NCBI GenBank assembly: GCA_041476465.1
Contig: JBGOTL010000001.1
Span: 25,724-89,723, forward strand
Reading direction: 5' to 3'
DNA from: Candidatus Acidiferrum sp.
GTDB lineage: Bacteria > Acidobacteriota > Terriglobia > Acidiferrales > UBA7541
Length of the DNA stretch: 64,000 bases
Shown: positions 57,587 through 64,000 of the stretch, in pieces
Layout: the number at the start of each line of letters is the position of its first letter
Position numbering within the stretch: the stretch's first letter is position 1
Notes under the pieces: model-generated
What the model saw: only the letters and a program-made list of their open reading frames with translations
What the model was told of the DNA's origin: nothing
Database searches by the model: none
Position numbers and translations under genes: made by a program

Positions 57587-57928
57587 GTGCTTGTGCCAGA
57601 CACGAGACGCAAATTTCTAATGACCATGGTGATGGCCGCACCCTCGGTGACGCTTTTGGCACAATTACCGAGGCCATCAAAGCCGGCATCCGGCCAGCAA
57701 CCCGAGAGCACCGAGACGCCGAATCTGACAGCTCCGACCAAGGCCATGCTCGAGGCCAATGCCAAAGAGCTGAAGAAAAAGGCTGAGAAGCTTTATCAAC
57801 TGGCAAGCGAATTGAAAGACGAAGTCGAGAAGACGGACTCCGCGCAAGTGCTTTCGCTGGGCCTGGTAAAAAAAGCGGAAGAGATCGAAAAACTCGCCAG
57901 AGAGATCAAGAGCCGCTCGAAAGGCTAA
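57587..57928 (+). CDS. Small exported helical protein with a twin-arginine-like signal
   Basis: TRRKFL motif, Pro-rich linker, charged coiled coil. Confidence 0.65.
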   Translation: MLVPDTRRKFLMTMVMAAPSVTLLAQLPRPSKPASGQQPESTETPNLTAPTKAMLEANAKELKKKAEKLYQLASELKDEVEKTDSAQVLSLGLVKKAEEIEKLAREIKSRSKG

Positions 57929-58038
57929 GCAGGGGGGCCGCAGTAAATCAGGAAGAGAATTCCCGAAGGGATGCGCTCTGGCGCAAGCCCTGGGGACACG
58001 ATAGAATGAGCAAGTAAGCGAGATTCACCGTATACTGC

Positions 58039-58115
58039 GCGCCTGTAGCTCAGATGGATAGAGCGCTGGTCTCCGAAACCAGAGGTCGGGAGTTCGAACC
58101 TCCCCAGGCGCGCCA
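58039..58115 (+). tRNA. tRNA-Arg (CCG)
   Basis: Acceptor GCGCCTG/CAGGCGC, anticodon arm CTGGT-CTCCGAA-ACCAG, TTCGAAC, CCA end. Confidence 0.97.
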
Positions 58116-58259
58116 TACTTTCAGCTACATACACGCCCGCGCTTCTAGTCCGAAACCTTACTGGGGGAACTTCTGCGGGGACCCCAAGCTCGACCTGTAG
58201 AGAGCAAACACCTGATCTTGGTTGTACCGCTCCAGTTTCCGCACGGCTTCTTGCCCAGG

Positions 58260-59381
58260 CTATTTTCTCAGAGCAACACCGTAAAAATAATCGTAAGTCT
58301 TTGAGCGATCTTGGGGGAGGGTGGTGCTAAAGCTTGAGAAGATCACCGATTGCCCTTCGAAACCCACGAAGACATCTTGTTGAGAAGTTGGCGTAGTCAC
58401 TCGGAACGTAAAGAGGCCGAAGCAGGGATCGTTTAGACTCAGAAATCCACCATTGTAGAGGGAGTAGACGTCGGAGACCGGCGTGAGTGTACCTTGCACG
58501 ACGACTTGCTTCTTGCTATCGGAGATGGTTACCTGCCCATTTGCGCTGATTGTAAGAGAGCCGTTATCGAAACTTGAAGAGCCAGTCTCTACGTTACCTT
58601 GACTACTCGAGGCAGCTAGTTTTTGGTAGAGACTAGTCTTGTATGTACCACTGAAAGTGGGATCGAAATCCTTTGATGCTGTTTTGTCGAACCCCAAGAA
58701 AGTACCGTCAGGCCTGTCGGCGACAAACGCGTCGCCCGCTGCGAATATATAGCTAACACCACCACTGACATCACCAACCTTCAAGAAATTCCCTGAAGGA
58801 TCTTGCTGGATACTTGAGGCAGGAAATGTGCCCAGGTGGAACGGAACAGACTGATAGTAGTCACCAAACGGCCAATAACTTGAAATCGTGATATTCCCTT
58901 GTGAATCCATTCCTGCAGAACCGAATTCGATTCCTCCTTGGGAAGTTCGGAATTCCATATAGTTGAAAGTCTGGTTGAAACTGCTCACTAGCGAAATCGG
59001 TGTGCTTACAACAGCAGTAATTAGCGCTTTCGTGTCGTGGGCTTGGCCGACCTTAGTGGCCTCAAGGAGGAGAGTGTAATTTGGCACTTCATCAGCCGCG
59101 ATCAGATTCCCAGTGGGGTCAGTAATCGCGTAAGTACCGTTGTCCTGTACCGTAAAAGTTGCGGTTCCGCTATCGCCATTGCTAATATCTTTGTACTCGA
59201 TTGTCTTGTTGTTGGGATCAAGCGAAATGGTTAGGAAGTCACCGACCGAAGCGGTTCCCGTGTAGGTGCGTACCGCGGCCGGCGTCGGAGGCGGTGGCAC
59301 TGCGTTGGCCCCGGTTGAGCCCGTGTTGCAGCCCGCGATGAGGAGCAGAAGTGCCCCGGCGGTAGTATTTAGGAATCTCAT
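58260..59381 (-). CDS. Hypothetical beta-rich lipoprotein
   Basis: Lipobox LIAG-C at residue 18 from ATG 59381 (AGGTGG RBS); Ser/Thr/Gly-rich; visibly lower GC than core genes. Confidence 0.8.
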   Translation of the reverse strand: MRFLNTTAGALLLLIAGCNTGSTGANAVPPPPTPAAVRTYTGTASVGDFLTISLDPNNKTIEYKDISNGDSGTATFTVQDNGTYAITDPTGNLIAADEVPNYTLLLEATKVGQAHDTKALITAVVSTPISLVSSFNQTFNYMEFRTSQGGIEFGSAGMDSQGNITISSYWPFGDYYQSVPFHLGTFPASSIQQDPSGNFLKVGDVSGGVSYIFAAGDAFVADRPDGTFLGFDKTASKDFDPTFSGTYKTSLYQKLAASSSQGNVETGSSSFDNGSLTISANGQVTISDSKKQVVVQGTLTPVSDVYSLYNGGFLSLNDPCFGLFTFRVTTPTSQQDVFVGFEGQSVIFSSFSTTLPQDRSKTYDYFYGVALRK

Positions 59382-59411
59382 GGCAGCCACCTACTTTCGC
59401 TAAGACAGAGG

Positions 59412-59427
59412 GCATGGTGAATGCCAA
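59412..59427 (-). promoter_or_regulatory. Candidate sigma54 -24/-12 promoter
   Basis: TTGGCAT-TCACC-ATGC (GG-N10-GC); predicted +1 near 59400, just upstream of the RBS. Confidence 0.45.
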
Positions 59428-59633
59428 TTCGGAACACACCTTAAGAATCGGTGCCCAACGAACACTATGTCCTATAGAATCAGCTAGTTGAATGGCTAAT
59501 CGGCTGGGAAGGAAGTTCTGCTAGCTAGCTGACGGAACGAGTGGCGGCTGTCAAGTATCTGTACGTGTGTTCAGAAAATGGACGGCGACCCAGATCGTTC
59601 CTGTAACTGCCACCAAAGTCGCTCAGCAGGATT

Positions 59634-60011
59634 TCATTCTTCGGTAGTACTCAGGTAGAGATGCAAGTAATTCCGGAGCGCGTTGAAGTCGATGGGTTTT
59701 GATAGACAAGCCTGGCATCCAGACCGGTAGATTTGTTGCTGCTCTGTCACCATGGCATGCGCGGTGACGACAATCACCGGGATATCGCGCGTTCTAGGTT
59801 CACGGCGCATCCATGCGAGAAGTTTGAGCCCGTCTTCGTTGCCGAGGCTTATGTCCAGCAAGACAATATCAGGGACACGCTTTGCAAAAACCTCGTAACT
59901 GGCGTTCAGGTCGCCTGTACACCAAACTTCAAAGCCTTCGACCTCAAGCCAATCACGGAGTAGCTCGCGATTTACTACATTATCTTCAACGACCAGAACA
60001 CAATGTTTCAA
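59634..60011 (-). CDS. Single-domain response regulator (DivK-like)
   Basis: VLVVEDN, VLLDISL, VTAHAM, SKPID; TTG start overlapping the kinase TGA. Confidence 0.92.
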   Translation of the reverse strand: MKHCVLVVEDNVVNRELLRDWLEVEGFEVWCTGDLNASYEVFAKRVPDIVLLDISLGNEDGLKLLAWMRREPRTRDIPVIVVTAHAMVTEQQQIYRSGCQACLSKPIDFNALRNYLHLYLSTTEE

Positions 60012-63000
60012 GCTCCTACCACCGGGATGGAAGTCACTACGCGCTCTAGCTGCTTGATCAACGGTCCCCGCCAGGAATCTTGCTTGCGGAAAAGTGATTC
60101 TGCGTGCGCGCGGACGTATTTTTCTTCCTCCTTGCTGAGATCCTTGCTGGTCAGAACAAAAACGGAAAGTTCAGCCGTTCGAGGGTTGGCCCGCCATTCT
60201 GCAAGCAATTCAAAACCACTTTTCTTCGGGAGTACCAAATCAAGAATGACCAACTCGGGTAAGGATTGAGCAACGCTGGCTTGTGCTTCGACACCATCGG
60301 ACGCAGTACGAACGGCGTAGCCGTGTACCGTGAGCAATTCAACAATCATCTCGCGAGTGGGCACATCGTCTTCCACGACCAAGATGGCCCGTCCGGGCAC
60401 CGGCCCCCCATGAAGCTGAAGGCAACGCTCCACGGCAGAAAGTAATGTCGATTTATCGACTGGCTTGACCAAATACTCGTCAGCACCGAGAATTGTTCCA
60501 ATGGCCGTTTGGTCGACTATGGTGACGACAATTACCGGAATATTGGACGTGCACGGGTCATTTTTCAACTGCAGTAATACATCCAATCCATGAACTGGTT
60601 TCATTAGAAGATCCAGAGTGATGGCATCCGGCTGAAGCCGAACAGCCATCTCTACAGCGAGGTCCGACTGATCACACCTGATTGTTTCGTAGCCGGAAGA
60701 GCCTAGCTGAGACTGTATGAGTTGGCCAATTGCATTATTATCTTCAACAATGAGAACTCGAGGAGCCTTGCCGAGCTTCGATCCAGCTGTAATCGGTCGG
60801 CTGGGTTTTTCCACGACGCTGGTGACCAGCGGAAGGAAAAAATAGAAGCAGGCCCCCCCACCAGGCGGGGTTTCGATTTCCAGTTTGCTGCCATGCAGTT
60901 CGACGAGGCGAGCGGTGATGGCCAGCCCCAAACCGGTGCCTTCCGTCGCGGTTCCGGATTGTGCCGCTCGAAAGAATGCTTCGAAGATTCGCTGTTGATG
61001 TTCGAGTGGAATTCCCGGGCCGGTGTCACGCACCGTTACTCTGACTCGGTCATCCACGCCGTGCGCCACAATTTCGATCCGGCCCCCTTCCGGAGTGAAC
61101 TTAATAGCGTTGCCTACCAAATTCATGAGTACCTGTTTGAATCGGGTAGCGTCGGCACGGACTACAAAGTTCGTCTCAACCTGTTGGCGTAATGATTGCG
61201 ATTTCTTTTCCGCCAGCGGGTAAAGGGCGCTGAGCACCTCGGCGAAAGCCGGCGCAATTGCAACATCCTCGCACGCGAGCTCCATTCTGCCCGCTTCAAT
61301 CTTGGAGATGTCCAGAATGTCGCTTATTAGTTTGAGGAGATGCTTCCCACCGGCATGAATGTGGCCGACATAGCGTTGCTGCCGATCGTTCAGCGAACCA
61401 TACCGCTCGTCCGCGAGCAAGTCAGAAAAACCCAATACCGCATTCAATGGGGTGCGCAATTCATGACTCATCGTAGACAGGAATTGATCCTTAAACTTAC
61501 TGGCGCGTTCCGCTTCTTCCTTGGCCCGCAAGATGATTTGCTCCGTCCGCTTGCGCTCGGTGATGTCCTCCGCAACCCCCATGAAGCCCTGGATGTTACC
61601 GGCCGTGTCGCGCAAGGTGGTCACGGAGAGAAACACCGGGAAGCGGGTGCCGTCCTTGCGGATGTACGTCCATTCGTTCTCGTCCGGCAGGTCGGTCCGC
61701 ACCGTTTTTCCGACAAAAACCTCGAACCCCGGCGCAACAGGAATGCCCAACTCCTGTGTGAGCTGCTGGGCGCGGCGCGCCATCTCTTCCGCATCGTGAA
61801 AGATGGCGGGCGTGACTTTGCCCACCATTTCTTCGGCCTTGTACTGCAGCATGCGTTCCGCCGCGGCATTAAATGATCGTATGGTTCCCTTGGTATCCAC
61901 GGAAATGATGCTGAAATTGGCGCTGTTAAGAATAGCATCCTGCTGCGCAGTGATCAGCTGGAGTTTGTGCTCGGCCCGCTTGCGCTCGGTGACATCTGTA
62001 ACGGTGCCCATCATCCTGACCGGATCGCCCTTGTCGTTCCGGAAGACGTGGCCCTGAGCGGAGATCCAATGAATCGATTTGTCCGGCCAGACGATCTGGC
62101 ATTCCATGCTGAGGTCGCCGGTTGCGAAGGCCTTTTCAAAACTCTTATTGACGGCCTCCCGGTCCTTCGGGACAACGTGGGTAAAGAAGGTTTCCCGGCC
62201 CCAGTCGGGCTGGAGCGATTCATAGCCAAATATTTGATCATGTCTAAGGTTGCGATAGGCCTTGTCGTTTACGAGATCCAGTTCCCAGATGCCCAACTGA
62301 GCCGCGTCCAGGGCGAGATTGAGTCTCTGTTCACTCGCCTTGAGCGCCTCTTCTGCCTGCTTGCGTTCAGAGATGTCCCGAATAATTGCCGTGAACAACC
62401 TTCGCCCGCCAACTTCGAACTGGGAAATCGTCGCTTCGATTGGGAACTCTTCGCCGCTCGCACGGCGCCCAACGAGAGTGGGGAGCAAGCCCATCCCGCG
62501 AGCGGTTACACCGGAATTCGCAAAGCCGCGGATATATCCGCCGTGCGCGGCTTGGAACCGCACCGGAATCAAACAATCGATGGGCTGGCCCACTACTTCG
62601 GTAGCGGGCCAGCCAAACAACTTCTCAGCCGCTGGGTTGAAAAGAGTGATGCGCTGGTCCTCGTCGATGGAGATGATGGCGTCCATCGCCGATTTGACAA
62701 TGCCCGCCAGCCGCATTTCACTCTTCTCTAGCATCACTTGCGCCTGCTTGCGCTCGGTGATGTCTGTAGAGACCACCAGACGTGCTCTTCTACCCCCATA
62801 AACTATGGGATGGGAGCTAATCTCGACGTCCATCAAGGTCCCGTCTTTTTTCCGCTGTTTCCAAAAACCGCCAGTTTCGGTGACCGGAGGCATGTTCGCG
62901 ATTCTTTCGAGCACAGCGGGAATTTCTTCGGGTGGATGGACATCCTTGATCGTTAGGGAAAGAAATTCTTCCCGCGAATAGCCAAAGTTTCTGATGGCTG

Positions 63001-64000
63001 ACTGATTGACGTCCAGGAAGGCAAGAGTTTCCAAGTCATAAACGCATACCGTATGGGGATTGCTGTCGAAAAGCAGGTGATATCTTTCCTCAGATTGGCG
63101 AAGCGCTAGTTCCGCCCGCCTGCGCTCGGTAATGTCGCCAAGAACAACTACGCCACCGTGTAGCGCGCCATCTTCGTCTCTGAGAGGCCTGCCTGTAACA
63201 CTTAATAAACGGCCCTGCGGTACAGCGGCATTACGCACGACGATCTCGATTGCGTCAACGCTCTCGCCGCGCATGGCTCGCGTCAGGGGCAACTGGTGGG
63301 GCGGATACGGGGTGACGCTGTCAGGAAAATAGACTCCGTATTGATCAGACCATTGTTCGGGAGTGGTGTCGGTAGCACCGATGCCCACGACTTGCTTTGC
63401 AGCCGCATTAAACAGAACAAACTTCCCCTGCGAATCAGCCACCACCACACCATCGGCAATGCTTTCGACAATCAATTGGAGAAGTTGTTTTTGGCGTTTT
63501 GTCTCCCGTTCGGCCTGGTTCTTTCCGGTGATGTCCCGGAACACAATGACGACCCCGAACGCAGCCCCCCCTTCCGCGAGAATGGGAGCCGAGTTATATT
63601 CAATTTCAAATTCTCTGCCGTCCTTGCAGAGCAAAAGGGTGTGGTCGGCCAAGCCGTCGGCCTTCCCTTTGCGAAAAACTTGCTCGACGAGGTTCTCAAT
63701 AGGACGGCGAGATTCCGTGTGCACGATGTTAAAGACCAGATCCATGGATTTGCCCCGAGCTTCCTCCAATTTCCACCCAGTAAGTGACTGGGCGGCGGAA
63801 TTCAAAAGATTCACCGTGCCGTTTATGTCGGTGGCAATTACCGCGTCGCCGACGCTGGAAAGGGCGCTCGAAAACCACTTTTCACTTCTTGCCAGAGCTT
63901 CTTGGGAACTCTTGCGATCGGAAAGCTCGGAGAGCAGGCAAATGAAAACAAGCAATAACGAAACCATGCTGGCAAGAATGCCGGTAATGACCATACGGGA
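60008..64000 (-). CDS. Multi-PAS hybrid histidine kinase with two REC domains, 5' end outside window
   Basis: Five PAS/PAC repeats, [31 protein letters not shown]; frame open to the window edge. Confidence 0.94.
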   Translation of the reverse strand, partial: SRMVITGILASMVSLLLVFICLLSELSDRKSSQEALARSEKWFSSALSSVGDAVIATDINGTVNLLNSAAQSLTGWKLEEARGKSMDLVFNIVHTESRRPIENLVEQVFRKGKADGLADHTLLLCKDGREFEIEYNSAPILAEGGAAFGVVIVFRDITGKNQAERETKRQKQLLQLIVESIADGVVVADSQGKFVLFNAAAKQVVGIGATDTTPEQWSDQYGVYFPDSVTPYPPHQLPLTRAMRGESVDAIEIVVRNAAVPQGRLLSVTGRPLRDEDGALHGGVVVLGDITERRRAELALRQSEERYHLLFDSNPHTVCVYDLETLAFLDVNQSAIRNFGYSREEFLSLTIKDVHPPEEIPAVLERIANMPPVTETGGFWKQRKKDGTLMDVEISSHPIVYGGRRARLVVSTDITERKQAQVMLEKSEMRLAGIVKSAMDAIISIDEDQRITLFNPAAEKLFGWPATEVVGQPIDCLIPVRFQAAHGGYIRGFANSGVTARGMGLLPTLVGRRASGEEFPIEATISQFEVGGRRLFTAIIRDISERKQAEEALKASEQRLNLALDAAQLGIWELDLVNDKAYRNLRHDQIFGYESLQPDWGRETFFTHVVPKDREAVNKSFEKAFATGDLSMECQIVWPDKSIHWISAQGHVFRNDKGDPVRMMGTVTDVTERKRAEHKLQLITAQQDAILNSANFSIISVDTKGTIRSFNAAAERMLQYKAEEMVGKVTPAIFHDAEEMARRAQQLTQELGIPVAPGFEVFVGKTVRTDLPDENEWTYIRKDGTRFPVFLSVTTLRDTAGNIQGFMGVAEDITERKRTEQIILRAKEEAERASKFKDQFLSTMSHELRTPLNAVLGFSDLLADERYGSLNDRQQRYVGHIHAGGKHLLKLISDILDISKIEAGRMELACEDVAIAPAFAEVLSALYPLAEKKSQSLRQQVETNFVVRADATRFKQVLMNLVGNAIKFTPEGGRIEIVAHGVDDRVRVTVRDTGPGIPLEHQQRIFEAFFRAAQSGTATEGTGLGLAITARLVELHGSKLEIETPPGGGACFYFFLPLVTSVVEKPSRPITAGSKLGKAPRVLIVEDNNAIGQLIQSQLGSSGYETIRCDQSDLAVEMAVRLQPDAITLDLLMKPVHGLDVLLQLKNDPCTSNIPVIVVTIVDQTAIGTILGADEYLVKPVDKSTLLSAVERCLQLHGGPVPGRAILVVEDDVPTREMIVELLTVHGYAVRTASDGVEAQASVAQSLPELVILDLVLPKKSGFELLAEWRANPRTAELSVFVLTSKDLSKEEEKYVRAHAESLFRKQDSWRGPLIKQLERVVTSIPVVGA

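Noticed and set aside
58031-58036. TATACT as the -10 box of tRNA-Arg
   Set aside because: Only 2 nt before the mature 5' end, so initiation would fall inside the tRNA; TAGAAT at 58002 is more plausible.

Overview
GC-rich bacterial chromosome window, most consistent with an Acidobacterium (inference from the Oar-like TonB-dependent receptor, fused LptC/LptA and gene order). It is mostly housekeeping: lptC/A-lptB-rpoN-rapZ, msbA-yicC-gmk-rpoZ-coaBC-udg, priA, HU, dcd, purC, smc, cysS, galT, tRNA-Cys(GCA) and tRNA-Arg(CCG). Accessory material is interleaved: a methyltransferase islet, a HicBA islet, a second toxin-antitoxin pair, a MITE, REP-like hairpins, and two signalling loci downstream of the tRNAs. 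The strongest signal is one the ORF track misses. The DedA/VTT-rhodanese gene (32679->31738, minus) reads through an in-frame TGA at the rhodanese active-site loop (YCT-U-PNE) and has a canonical bacterial SECIS-like hairpin 21 nt downstream. It is therefore a probable membrane selenoprotein, the last gene of a MarR-nitroreductase-DedA/rhodanese operon with a leaderless, operator-bearing promoter. Also notable are a diverged duplicate of the rapZ 3' end bracketing the methyltransferase, a 156-bp MITE with CTAG duplication, a candidate structured ncRNA after udg, and an internally repetitive element with its own promoter after priA. All product calls come from motif recognition by eye; no database searches were run.
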